Part shown: positions 54,016 through 63,434 of the stretch, piece after piece
Layout: each line of letters starts with the position of its first letter
How positions within the stretch are numbered: position 1 is the first letter of the stretch
DNA from: a virus
DNA length: 64,000 nt
IMG/VR virus record: IMGVR_UViG_3300045973_000169
Location: 13,000 to 76,999 of that record
Reading direction: 5' to 3' (one strand)
Notes under the pieces: model-generated
Databases searched by the model: none
Seen by the model: the letters and a program-made list of their open reading frames with translations, nothing else
What the model was told of the DNA's origin: nothing
Position numbers and translations under genes: made by a program

Positions 54016-54803
54016 TGGGACAAATGACACAATCTAAACAGATATTCCCTATTATTGAGGGACTCCCTGAAGGTGGAGCTAAGTCATTTGTTACTTATTC
54101 TGTTTGTTCTAATGGTATCTTTCAAACTAGATTAGTTTGTGGTAAAGGGTCTATTACTACAAAGGTAGAAGGAATTAAAGGATTACCTGAAGGGAAAGAA
54201 TCAATTGATATCTTGCCTAGGAAAATCCCTATTTCTTACTTCTGGAAGATAGTTGAATTCTTTAGGCATGTTAAGGAAACGTTTAATGAAAAGCTTGAAG
54301 CTTATATTTTATTAGGTTATAACTTTGATGAAGATAAGTTTATGTTATATGTCCCAAAACATTCAGTTGGAGCTGCTCATGTTAAATATGATATTGAATC
54401 TTTTTGGAAAGATTATCCAGGATACTATTTAGTATTAGATGCTCATTTACATTGTGACTTTGGAGCTTTCTGGTCTGGGACTGATAATGCTGATGATAAG
54501 CGTGATAGATTCAGTATGGTTATTGGACATCAAGATAATCCTATTCCAGATGTTAAGCTTAGATTTGCTAATGGAGCTAAACATATAGATTATGATTTAC
54601 GTGAACTCTTTACTAAAGAAACTGAAGATATTGACTTTGACTTTAAGAAAGCTATTAAGAATATAAGTTATACAAAGCCTGAGTTTGTAAAGACTAATAC
54701 AGGATATGTTGGAAGAAATGATGTTTCTTTCTATGATTCATTAAGATTCAGAATAAAACAAGAAAAACAATTCAGTCTTCAAGAATTGTTCCCAGGATGG
54801 TAA
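54015..54803 (+). CDS. JAB/JAMM (MPN+) metalloprotease-domain protein (262 aa)
   Basis: LDAHLHCDFGAFWSGTD equals the JAMM motif H-x-H-x7-S-x2-D. Confidence 0.7.
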   Translation: MGQMTQSKQIFPIIEGLPEGGAKSFVTYSVCSNGIFQTRLVCGKGSITTKVEGIKGLPEGKESIDILPRKIPISYFWKIVEFFRHVKETFNEKLEAYILLGYNFDEDKFMLYVPKHSVGAAHVKYDIESFWKDYPGYYLVLDAHLHCDFGAFWSGTDNADDKRDRFSMVIGHQDNPIPDVKLRFANGAKHIDYDLRELFTKETEDIDFDFKKAIKNISYTKPEFVKTNTGYVGRNDVSFYDSLRFRIKQEKQFSLQELFPGW

Positions 54804-54895
54804 TAAATGGCAACAGATAGTTTTGATGAATTATTTAAATAGTATGATAAACATTGTCGTTATTAACATATAGCTCAAATATTAAGGAGACCTAT

Positions 54896-55627
54896 ATGGC
54901 GTATACTACAAATACATGGATTAATAAAGCTAAAGAAATTCATAATGATAAATACGATTATTCATTAGTTAATTATTCTGGGAATAAAAATAAAGTTATC
55001 ATTATTTGTAAATTACATGGCGAGTTTTTACAAATACCAAATGATCATACGCAAGGGAGAGGATGTCGTTATTGTGGGAGTGAGTCAAAAGGGAACTATA
55101 AAAAGTTGACTATTGAAGAATTTATTCTACGGTCTAATGTAAAACATAATAATAAATATGATTATAGTAAGTCTAGTTATAATGATGGATATAAGACAAA
55201 AATATGTATAATTTGTCCTGATCATGGAGAATTCTTTTCAACTGGGAATAATCATTTAAATGGGAGTGGTTGTCCAATTTGTAATGAGTCCAAAGGTGAA
55301 AACATAATACGTGAATGGCTTATTTCTAATAATATAGAATTTAGAATGTCATATAGATTTAAAGACTGTAAATCAAAACAACCTTTACCTTTTGACTTCT
55401 ATCTTCCAAATTTAAATATTTGCATTGAATATGATGGTGAACAACATTTTAAGGCTACATGGCCTAGAAATGATAAGGATATTGCTACGAAAAATCTTAT
55501 AATGTTACAAGGTAGAGATAAAATTAAAGATTTATATTGTATTAATAATAAAATAAAACTAATAAGGATCCCTTATAATAAATTCAAAAATATTGGACTT
55601 ATTTTAGAGGATAAAATAAAAGGATAA
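54896..55627 (+). CDS. homing-endonuclease-like protein: tandem zinc ribbons plus DUF559/Vsr-like PD-(D/E)xK nuclease (243 aa)
   Basis: Two repeats of KLHGEFLQIPNDHTQGRGCRYCG / CPDHGEFFSTGNNHLNGSGCPICN; C-terminal FDFYLPNLNICIEYDGEQHF resembles the DUF559 endonuclease motif. Confidence 0.7.
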   Translation: MAYTTNTWINKAKEIHNDKYDYSLVNYSGNKNKVIIICKLHGEFLQIPNDHTQGRGCRYCGSESKGNYKKLTIEEFILRSNVKHNNKYDYSKSSYNDGYKTKICIICPDHGEFFSTGNNHLNGSGCPICNESKGENIIREWLISNNIEFRMSYRFKDCKSKQPLPFDFYLPNLNICIEYDGEQHFKATWPRNDKDIATKNLIMLQGRDKIKDLYCINNKIKLIRIPYNKFKNIGLILEDKIKG

Positions 55628-55629
55628 AT

Positions 55630-56757
55630 ATGGATTTATCAGAAATGTTTAAGTATGGAAAAGTTAAATGTGCTCCTACTATGAATACTGAACAGAGGTT
55701 TTCTACTAATGTTCATATAGTTGGATGTGGAGGGACTGGAAGTAGACTAATCCCTTTAGTTGCTCAAGCAATAGCTATACATAACCAGATAATTGCAACT
55801 CAGCCTAATCATAAGGAATATCTTAAAGGACCTATTAATTTAGTCCTCTATGATTGTGATGAAGGCGTTGAGTTGAAGAATCTTGAAAGACAAGGATTCA
55901 TTCCTAGTGATATTGGGAAAAGAAAAGAAGTAGTATTGGCTGAAAGATATGGTGCATGTTTTGGCATTGATATAACTTATGTATCTGATAAGATTAAGTA
56001 CGAGAATACTGTCTTCTCTGGAGCCAATAATATATTCTGTGATTGTACTGACAATCTAAGTGCTAGAAGAGCTATTGAGGATATCTATTATAGGTATTAT
56101 TCTAATTGTGTTCTTATTTCTGGTGGTAATGGTGAAGACTTTGGTCAAGCAATGGTCTCATTTAAGTCTAATAATACTAACTTAAATATGAAAACAAAGC
56201 ATTTTACTGATGAAATATTCAGACTGAAATCTTTAATTGATCATCCAGATGTTAAGACTAATAAGACTATTAATATTCTTCCTACTCTATTAGAGCTATA
56301 TCCTGAATTTAAAGATACTGAAGGTCCTAGTTGTGATGAGGTTTTATTAAGGAATGAACAATCTATGCCTATTAATAACCTTGTAGCTACTCTTATGTAT
56401 AATATCTTTTATAGTGCTATCAATGGAGATCCATTTACTTATAATATGGTTAAATGTAATCTTAGTAATACATTTGATACTAAGAAGATAACACATCCTA
56501 AAGCTATGTTTGAACTTTTAGTAAGTGGGGTTACTGGCAGTAAGAATGGATATGCTGCTATTGAAGAATGGCGTAAATTGAATATTGCTCGTACTGGACA
56601 TTTTGTTCTTGTTGCTGATGTAGTTAAGTTTTTAGAACAGTATAAAAAGAAAGCACTTAATATTGTTAATGGATATATACTTGATAACTGGAAGTTAACA
56701 CCAGCAGATCATATAGTTCTTAACAATGCTATTAAGACTGTTAAGGAGGAGGATTAA
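55630..56757 (+). CDS. E1-like ThiF/MoeB-family adenylyltransferase (375 aa)
   Basis: Rossmann nucleotide loop NVHIVGCGGTGSRLIPLVA at the N-terminus, as in ThiF/MoeB/E1 enzymes. Confidence 0.7.
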   Translation: MDLSEMFKYGKVKCAPTMNTEQRFSTNVHIVGCGGTGSRLIPLVAQAIAIHNQIIATQPNHKEYLKGPINLVLYDCDEGVELKNLERQGFIPSDIGKRKEVVLAERYGACFGIDITYVSDKIKYENTVFSGANNIFCDCTDNLSARRAIEDIYYRYYSNCVLISGGNGEDFGQAMVSFKSNNTNLNMKTKHFTDEIFRLKSLIDHPDVKTNKTINILPTLLELYPEFKDTEGPSCDEVLLRNEQSMPINNLVATLMYNIFYSAINGDPFTYNMVKCNLSNTFDTKKITHPKAMFELLVSGVTGSKNGYAAIEEWRKLNIARTGHFVLVADVVKFLEQYKKKALNIVNGYILDNWKLTPADHIVLNNAIKTVKEED

Positions 56758-56758
56758 T

Positions 56759-56986
56759 TTGCCTTTATATGTAATTAAATGTTCAAATGAAGAATGTGAT
56801 AAATTTAATATCACTTCTGAAGTTAGAATGTCATTTGAAATGTTAGGGATAACAATGTGTCCATCTTGTGGAAGTAAAATGATTCAAGAGGTTAGTAAGG
56901 TTGGATTTAATATCCAGGGATTCTGTCATAAGAATGGCTGGGAAATTGAGCATATGAATTATGATGGAACTAAACCAGACTGGTAA
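56759..56986 (+). CDS. zinc-ribbon protein (75 aa), TTG start
   Basis: RBS aaggaggaggattaaTTG; CSNEEC...CPSCGS. Confidence 0.45.
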   Translation: MPLYVIKCSNEECDKFNITSEVRMSFEMLGITMCPSCGSKMIQEVSKVGFNIQGFCHKNGWEIEHMNYDGTKPDW

Positions 56987-57482
56987 TATATTATTACATA
57001 TAAGTGGACCTTGTTTTAGTGGAAAGACTTATTTATTATCTCATTTAATTGAAGATTTTGCTGGGTTTAATGTTATCACTTTTGAAAAACATTTTGATAG
57101 TGATAATAAAACATTAAAACAAATGTATGGTCATTTCTATCAGGATATATTTAATACACTTGAAACATCTAATGTTATAGGTGAAAGTATATATAGTTCT
57201 AGTAATAAGATTCTTTATTGTAAGTTTAAGAATTTAATTAATATAGTTACATATCCAGATTATGAACATCATAAAAAGAACTATGATAGGTTTGTTGAGA
57301 AATTTGGGAGTAGGGTAGCTAATAAAAGAACTGGGGGTTCATCAATTAGCTTTCTAAGGAATGATTTTATAACGAAGGGCTGTCCTCCTAATAAGATCCT
57401 ATATGATGGAAAGAATTATAATACTGTTAAAGAAGAGATAAAAAATGTATTTAGAAAATATAACAATTATAAAGCAATCTGA
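56961..57482 (+). CDS. P-loop kinase-like NTPase (173 aa)
   Basis: Walker A ISGPCFSGKTYL at the N-terminus; the size fits a small (d)NMP-kinase-like fold. Confidence 0.55.
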   Translation: MMELNQTGNILLHISGPCFSGKTYLLSHLIEDFAGFNVITFEKHFDSDNKTLKQMYGHFYQDIFNTLETSNVIGESIYSSSNKILYCKFKNLINIVTYPDYEHHKKNYDRFVEKFGSRVANKRTGGSSISFLRNDFITKGCPPNKILYDGKNYNTVKEEIKNVFRKYNNYKAI

Positions 57483-57735
57483 ATATGAAGGTGAATGTTC
57501 TATTAAGCTTACTGATGAAGATGGTATGACTTTAATACTCAATAAGTTAATTATTGACTTGACAAATGGGGCAGAACCTGTTAAAATAGTTAAATTCAAT
57601 CAGACACCTGTTGTAACTGGAAGCTTTATTGAAGGCATCAAAACTCATATTTTGGAGCTATGGCAAGATTACTTTAAGACTAGTCTTGCAGTTGGAGCAT
57701 ATGTCGTTGATGGAGAAGGAATAACAAAACTATAA
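57445..57735 (+). CDS. hypothetical protein (96 aa)
   Basis: ORF overlaps the previous gene by 38 nt; start uncertain. Confidence 0.4.
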   Translation: MYLENITIIKQSEYEGECSIKLTDEDGMTLILNKLIIDLTNGAEPVKIVKFNQTPVVTGSFIEGIKTHILELWQDYFKTSLAVGAYVVDGEGITKL

Positions 57736-57750
57736 AGAGGGTAACAAAGA

Positions 57751-58140
57751 ATGGAAATTACAAAAGTACAAGTATGGAAAAACAAAAGTGAAACATTTGT
57801 AGCAAATTGCAGCGTTGAATTTGATGATGTATTTTTTGTCAAATGTAAAGTAGTTAAGTCAAGCAAAGATGGGTCTTTATTCATTTCTTGGCCTAATACC
57901 AAGGGAAAAGATGCAGATGGAAATGATAAGTATTTCCCAGATGCAGGTTTTGTTTTAGGTGAAGATGAAGAAACGAAATATGACTTTAAGAATGCTATTG
58001 ATGATCAGATTATCAAAGAGTATAATAAAGTTGTAGGGATTGATTCTGGTACGAAGAATGGTAAGAAGGATGAAACTCCTCCTGCTGATCCGACTCCAAC
58101 TAAGAAAACCCCTGATATTAAATTTGGGCCTAAGAAATAA
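57751..58140 (+). CDS. hypothetical protein (129 aa)
   Basis: RBS aagagggtaacaaagaATG. Confidence 0.55.
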   Translation: MEITKVQVWKNKSETFVANCSVEFDDVFFVKCKVVKSSKDGSLFISWPNTKGKDADGNDKYFPDAGFVLGEDEETKYDFKNAIDDQIIKEYNKVVGIDSGTKNGKKDETPPADPTPTKKTPDIKFGPKK

Positions 58141-58157
58141 AAAGAAAAGGAAACATA

Positions 58158-58658
58158 ATGCTTAAATTTAAAGTATCTAAATTAAAATCTACAATGGAAA
58201 TGTCTGTTTGGGAAAAGAAAGTTACTGGAGATACAGTTGAAATTGTAAACAAAGCTATATTAGAGATTGCTCCTGCTCTTGTTGATGCCCCAAAGGGTCA
58301 GCCTAAAGCTGGAGAAAAACGTTATGATTATGCTAAGAAAGTTAAGATTTCTTTTAATCCTACTGATATGCTAAAAGTAGCCTATAATCTTATTATGATG
58401 TCTTATGGGAATGAGATTGAATATAAGAAAATGGGTGATGCATCTAGAGCCAATGCTAATAGTTCAGGTATTAAATCTCTATCTATTAAGTTGAATGATA
58501 AAGGTTCAATTGCTATTAGTTTAAATGAAGATAAAGATGGCGCTAAATCTAGTGTATTTATTTATCTTGAAAAAGACGAAGCTTATGCTTTGGCTAAATG
58601 GTTTGAAGTAACTTATACTAAACTTTATAATAATCCTGATGCAAGTGAGGATGAATAA
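58158..58658 (+). CDS. hypothetical protein (166 aa)
   Basis: RBS aaaaggaaacataATG. Confidence 0.6.
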   Translation: MLKFKVSKLKSTMEMSVWEKKVTGDTVEIVNKAILEIAPALVDAPKGQPKAGEKRYDYAKKVKISFNPTDMLKVAYNLIMMSYGNEIEYKKMGDASRANANSSGIKSLSIKLNDKGSIAISLNEDKDGAKSSVFIYLEKDEAYALAKWFEVTYTKLYNNPDASEDE

Positions 58659-59260
58659 TGTATGGACCAGATGATTTAATTATTCGTAAGCCAGTAATGT
58701 ATCTTTATAATATGTCTGGTATGGTTCAGTCTATGTCTGTTGATTTCAAAAACAATAAGGTTGTAGATTCTATCCCAACAGTTAGACAGGATAATAAACT
58801 TGTCTTTAACTTAGATACAGACTCTTTTATAAATGCTAAATATGATTATTTATATTATGAATTTCTTATTGATAAAGAGATTCCAAGAGCTACATATTAT
58901 GCTTATGTAAGGAATGATAAAAATCTTATTGATGATTTAACTAAGTTAGCTAATATGTCTTCTATGTTTGGAAGAGAGTCTGCTGATTTCTCATCTTATT
59001 GGAATATGGAATTAAAGAGATCTGATACTAAGTTTTATAAAGTAGAAATCTATGATGAAGATAAGCTTAATAAGCTCTTCCCTATAGATGTATTCCCAGA
59101 GCCAGGATACTTTCTTAGAAGGTATTTTAAGTTCAGTGAGTGTGATAAGCCTGCTAAGTCTAATATAAGTCTCCTACAGGATAAATATAGGACTAGAACA
59201 GGTAGCATCCGTGTTGTTGAATGGGGTGGCTGGATTGAAGGAAATACTAAAATAAAGTAA
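58658..59260 (+). CDS. hypothetical protein (200 aa)
   Basis: ATGA-type overlap with the previous gene. Confidence 0.6.
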   Translation: MYGPDDLIIRKPVMYLYNMSGMVQSMSVDFKNNKVVDSIPTVRQDNKLVFNLDTDSFINAKYDYLYYEFLIDKEIPRATYYAYVRNDKNLIDDLTKLANMSSMFGRESADFSSYWNMELKRSDTKFYKVEIYDEDKLNKLFPIDVFPEPGYFLRRYFKFSECDKPAKSNISLLQDKYRTRTGSIRVVEWGGWIEGNTKIK

Positions 59261-59261
59261 G

Positions 59262-59447
59262 GTGGTGATTAGACTGAAGAGAATTCTCATTACAATTTTT
59301 ACTCTTATTGCTTTCGCTACATCTGCTTTAGCTGTAGAAGTAGTTAAACCAGAAGTTAAAAAACCTGTAATTGCGAAGAAAGTAAAGGTTGCAAAACCAG
59401 TACTTAAAGCAGTTTCAAGTGTTAAGAAAACAAAAAAAAAGAAGTAA
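59262..59447 (+). CDS. secreted Lys-rich small protein (61 aa), GTG start
   Basis: Signal peptide then KPEVKKPVIAKKVKVAKPV repeats. Confidence 0.45.
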   Translation: MVIRLKRILITIFTLIAFATSALAVEVVKPEVKKPVIAKKVKVAKPVLKAVSSVKKTKKKK

Positions 59448-59453
59448 GTTAAT

Positions 59454-59480
59454 AGGGCTCAGAAATGGGCCCTTAACTTT
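59454..59480 (+). terminator. weak terminator hairpin
   Basis: AGGGC-TCAGAAATGG-GCCCT then TAACTTTTC. Confidence 0.35.
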
Positions 59481-59500
59481 TCTAAAACAAAAGGTGCTAA

Positions 59501-60148
59501 ATGGCGACTGAATGTAATAATAAAAATAAAGAACTTGTATCAAGGCCAGAACTTGCTAGGATAATTAACTATGAGTTTAGCAATAAAGCTATCTCTATGC
59601 TTGAACTATTAGGTGATGGAACTGGGTTAGACTATTATATTGATAAATGTAATATAAAAACAATGTATGCTATTGAACGTCATAAAGATAATTTTAATAA
59701 GTTTTGTTATAGGATGAAAGATTTTTGGTTATATCCTCCATTAGTTCTTCATAAATCAAATGCTGAAATAGTACCTTTGCGAATTCAGTTGAATAAATTT
59801 TTTAATAATTTTACATATATATCTTTTGATGTTGTAAATCTAGATTTTTGTTCTTATCTATATGATAATGGGACTGAGAAATCTACTGGTTTTGTTATAC
59901 GCAATATGTTTAAAAATAAAGCTGTTAAAGATAATGGTTTAGTGTTATTTACTTTTATGGTGAAAGGGATGGGTATTAACTTTAGTAAAGTGAATCCTAT
60001 AACTGAAGATGAAGATATAATTGATACTATTACATCTATAGGGCTAGAGAATGGATATATAGTCCATGATGCTTATCCTTCATTACATTATAAATCAAGT
60101 AAAAGTACAGAGATGGCTAATTATATAGTTAGAGTTAATAAAATATAG
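59501..60148 (+). CDS. hypothetical protein (215 aa)
   Basis: RBS aaaaggtgctaaATG. Confidence 0.65.
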   Translation: MATECNNKNKELVSRPELARIINYEFSNKAISMLELLGDGTGLDYYIDKCNIKTMYAIERHKDNFNKFCYRMKDFWLYPPLVLHKSNAEIVPLRIQLNKFFNNFTYISFDVVNLDFCSYLYDNGTEKSTGFVIRNMFKNKAVKDNGLVLFTFMVKGMGINFSKVNPITEDEDIIDTITSIGLENGYIVHDAYPSLHYKSSKSTEMANYIVRVNKI

Positions 60149-60157
60149 GAGTTACAA

Positions 60158-60400
60158 ATGGAATATTATGTATTAGAAAAAGGCGTAGACACAAAAAGAT
60201 ATTTAAAAGATTTCTGTGAGTCTATAACTAATGGTAAGTCTGATGAAACATGGACTTTAGATTTGTCTAAAGCTATGCTTTTCAATAAATATAATCCTAG
60301 GAAATCAGAAGTTACTAATGATCAATGGACTGTTTCGTTTGATAAAGAAGAACGTGTACGTTTTGTAACTAAAAAGTGTGAAGTAAAGATAGTCAGATAA
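60158..60400 (+). CDS. hypothetical protein (80 aa)
   Basis: RBS taggagttacaaATG. Confidence 0.5.
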   Translation: MEYYVLEKGVDTKRYLKDFCESITNGKSDETWTLDLSKAMLFNKYNPRKSEVTNDQWTVSFDKEERVRFVTKKCEVKIVR

Positions 60401-60421
60401 ACCGATAGTACTGGAGCTTCA

Positions 60422-60883
60422 ATGGGCAGTAAAGATAAAGTAGTTGTATATCTTGATATAAATAATTTATTTCATAGATATAAAAAATTAGATTTTATAA
60501 AGTTAAAAGAATATATATCTGGAGCATATGATATTGTCAAGATAACAGCTTTTAATAGTATAGATCATACGAATCAAAATCAAATTAAGTTTAATACTTA
60601 TTTAAGTAATAATGGATATCGGATAGAAGATCCTGATGTAAATGTAATGAGCAATGTTGATTTTATGATCATCACTCAAATGGGGATGGATTCTAATTGT
60701 TTATCTCATACAGTAGTAATTATAGTAGCTTGTGATGGAGGGTATTCTTATACACTTAATGAACTTTCTAAGGCAGGATATAGAATTGTCACTATTGGAT
60801 GTAAAGAGAATACAAATTTAAATTTACTAAAAGTCTCTGATGAAGTTGTTTATCTAGAGAATCTAAATGGAGTTATACTGTGA
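60422..60883 (+). CDS. NYN-domain (LabA/YacP-like PIN-fold) nuclease (153 aa)
   Basis: KVVVYLDINNLFH at the N-terminus (conserved Asp), then D...DFMIITQMGMD and IVACDGGY acidic clusters typical of NYN. Confidence 0.65.
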   Translation: MGSKDKVVVYLDINNLFHRYKKLDFIKLKEYISGAYDIVKITAFNSIDHTNQNQIKFNTYLSNNGYRIEDPDVNVMSNVDFMIITQMGMDSNCLSHTVVIIVACDGGYSYTLNELSKAGYRIVTIGCKENTNLNLLKVSDEVVYLENLNGVIL

Positions 60884-61083
60884 AATTTTTAGATGCATTT
60901 GATATGCTTAAAACAGGCAAATGTGATAAGATTATATCTGATGATGCTTGTTGGTATTTTGAGAAGCAACATATAAATGAAGACCCTTATCTAAAGTCTA
61001 TAACTAAAGCTATTGAAATTGTTCAAGCTGAAGATTGGCAAGCTATTAAGTTTAAATGTTCTGAAGTGGTTATAGCAAGATGA
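60880..61083 (+). CDS. hypothetical protein (67 aa)
   Basis: ORF overlapping the upstream stop. Confidence 0.45.
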   Translation: MKFLDAFDMLKTGKCDKIISDDACWYFEKQHINEDPYLKSITKAIEIVQAEDWQAIKFKCSEVVIAR

Positions 61084-61304
61084 GAATCGGATATAGTGAA
61101 GAACCTACTCCTTGGGCTGTGACTTGTAGAGAACATGGTTTGGTCTATATGGTTCGTGAACTATATATGGATCAATTATTTGCTGTTAATAGTAAATGGG
61201 TATGTCCTATTTGCTTTAGAGAAGCTTCTTGGTCAGATGAAAACTATGATGCACATTGTGAAAGAGAAATGGCTGAAAGAGATATGCCTGGAGGTTTTAA
61301 TTGA
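61080..61304 (+). CDS. zinc-binding small protein (74 aa)
   Basis: CREHG...CPICFRE...HCE. Confidence 0.5.
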   Translation: MRIGYSEEPTPWAVTCREHGLVYMVRELYMDQLFAVNSKWVCPICFREASWSDENYDAHCEREMAERDMPGGFN

Positions 61305-61705
61305 ATTTAACAGACCGAATTAAAGATCTTAATAAAATAATTATAGACTTACAAATATGTCTTAAGACTTATCTTATCGATCAAACAAAAGATATTAATG
61401 AAAGATGGGAATGTTATAAATTAGCATGTGATAATAATATTGCTAATGAAGAAGATAATTGGGGTCCAAGTCTTAATACTTTAGAAGCTCTTGGTATCGA
61501 TTCTTCATATGATTATCTTTATATTGAAAGACATCAATCTCAAGACTATACTGTTATGATTGAAAATCTTGAAGAAAGACTTGAGTATCCAAGAGAAACA
61601 ACTGGCATTTGGAAGAATATTGATTTAACTCAAGAAGCAATTAATAAAATCAAGGAAGAGATTCTTACTAGATTCCCAGAAAGAGGATTTCGACATGATT
61701 GGTAA
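61301..61705 (+). CDS. hypothetical protein (134 aa)
   Basis: ORF overlapping the upstream stop. Confidence 0.55.
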   Translation: MNLTDRIKDLNKIIIDLQICLKTYLIDQTKDINERWECYKLACDNNIANEEDNWGPSLNTLEALGIDSSYDYLYIERHQSQDYTVMIENLEERLEYPRETTGIWKNIDLTQEAINKIKEEILTRFPERGFRHDW

Positions 61706-61952
61706 AATGGTTAGAGTCTTTGATTGTCAAGAGATGCCTAATGATGTTAAAGATTATTTCTTTAAACATTATGGTGAAGGCAAGTCTAATGATTGTTATA
61801 TAAATGTATGGATTGAAGGTGATTGTGAAATCTCTGATCAAGACTGTACTAATGATTATGATTGTGAAAAATGTATCCATAGAAAATATAATATAGTTGA
61901 TCAATGGCTTTTAGATAATGGAGCTGGAGATGAAACTATAGTGAAAAGATGA
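61695..61952 (+). CDS. acidic Cys-rich small protein (85 aa)
   Basis: DCEISDQDCTNDYDCEKC. Confidence 0.5.
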   Translation: MIGKMVRVFDCQEMPNDVKDYFFKHYGEGKSNDCYINVWIEGDCEISDQDCTNDYDCEKCIHRKYNIVDQWLLDNGAGDETIVKR

Positions 61953-61959
61953 TGGTAAA

Positions 61960-63357
61960 ATGATAAAAACGTTTATTGATATACTAGAACAATTAGAGAC
62001 TACTACTGGGACTAATGATAAAATTGCTCTTATCAAAGAGAATAAAGATAACCTAGAGTTAAAAGAGTTTCTTAGACTTGCATTAGACAAGAATGTTACG
62101 TTCGGAATAGCTGAAATTGATGAATCAGTTACAAAGTTAACTTATGAAAATAAATATACTAATGTTGAAAGATTTAAAGTTTTAACTCATATGTTATCTA
62201 CCAGAGGTTGGACTGGCGGAGATGCTATGATCCAAATTGTAGCCTTTTTGAATGGATGTATTCCGCTTGAACATAAATGGTACAAGAAGTGTCTTCAGAA
62301 AGATCTTGCATCTATCGGGATTGGACAACGTTTATTTGAAGAAGCATATGATGAAAAAGGTTTTAAGTTCCGTTTAATGCTTGCTGAATCAGAAGAAGAA
62401 CTTGATTCTATCGATGATGAAGAAGGCTGGTTAGATAAGAAGGCTAATGGTGTATGTACTATTATTAGAGTAGAAGATACTAAAGTTAGTGTTATCTATG
62501 GTGGAAGAAATGGCTTAGTAGCAGATAGCTTTTATTTCTTACAAGAAGAGACTGAGAAGCTATGCTCAGACTCACGTGTTATGTCTGATTGCGTGTTTCA
62601 TGGTGAGACCCATGTCAATGATTGTCTTGAGAATACAATGACCTTATATGGCTTTAAATTTCGTCCTATGGAGGATTTCATTGGAGCTAAAGGTAAGATT
62701 AAAGAAAAAGCATATGCCGATTACTTAGCTAAAGAAAAAGAAGTTCTTGCATTTAAGAAAGATGCTAAATTCTGTATCTTTGAACAGTTGACATTAGATG
62801 AATGGGATACCCAAACATGTACTAGAGATTGTGATGAAAGAAAAGAAGCTTTAGCTGAATTACAAAAAGTAATTACTGAACTTGGTCTTAAAAGAATAGA
62901 GATTATACCTACAGAGAAAGTACCTAATCAATCAGTTGCTATTGAGAAAGCTCAAGACTGGATTAAGCGTAAGTTTGAAGGTGGTATTTATAAGAGAAGT
63001 TCAGGTTTCTATGAATGGAAAAGGTCTAGAAATTCTATTAAGATTAAAGAAGTAGTAGATTTTGAAATTGAGTTTGATTCATTTGAAATCCAAAAGAAGA
63101 AGCATAACCCAGATGGTACTCTTAAACCTCCTATGGCTGGTAAGGTATGGGGACATGATTTAAATGGGAATCAATATAAGATTGGTACTGGTAAAGCTTT
63201 ATCTGAAGCAGTAAGAATTGATATGCTTAATAATTGGGATACTAATTATAAAGGTAAGATTGGTACTTGTTCTGCTCAAAGACCTAGTGAAAAAGGAAAG
63301 TATATTTGTGCTCGATTGGACATTATCCGTCTTGATAGAAATAGCTTGGAGGATTAA
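61960..63357 (+). CDS. ATP-dependent nucleic-acid ligase-like nucleotidyltransferase with variant motif I (465 aa)
   Basis: Motif I KKANGVC (KxNG instead of KxDG), motif III VFHGETHV, motif IV FEGGIYKRSSG, motif V WKRSRNSIKIKE. Confidence 0.6.
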   Translation: MIKTFIDILEQLETTTGTNDKIALIKENKDNLELKEFLRLALDKNVTFGIAEIDESVTKLTYENKYTNVERFKVLTHMLSTRGWTGGDAMIQIVAFLNGCIPLEHKWYKKCLQKDLASIGIGQRLFEEAYDEKGFKFRLMLAESEEELDSIDDEEGWLDKKANGVCTIIRVEDTKVSVIYGGRNGLVADSFYFLQEETEKLCSDSRVMSDCVFHGETHVNDCLENTMTLYGFKFRPMEDFIGAKGKIKEKAYADYLAKEKEVLAFKKDAKFCIFEQLTLDEWDTQTCTRDCDERKEALAELQKVITELGLKRIEIIPTEKVPNQSVAIEKAQDWIKRKFEGGIYKRSSGFYEWKRSRNSIKIKEVVDFEIEFDSFEIQKKKHNPDGTLKPPMAGKVWGHDLNGNQYKIGTGKALSEAVRIDMLNNWDTNYKGKIGTCSAQRPSEKGKYICARLDIIRLDRNSLED

Positions 63358-63434
63358 TGGCAACTTACTTTACAGCAGATTTACAAAAGAGTTATTAACA
63401 TTGGTAGTTAGTTAATGTCCAAGGAGTAACTCTA

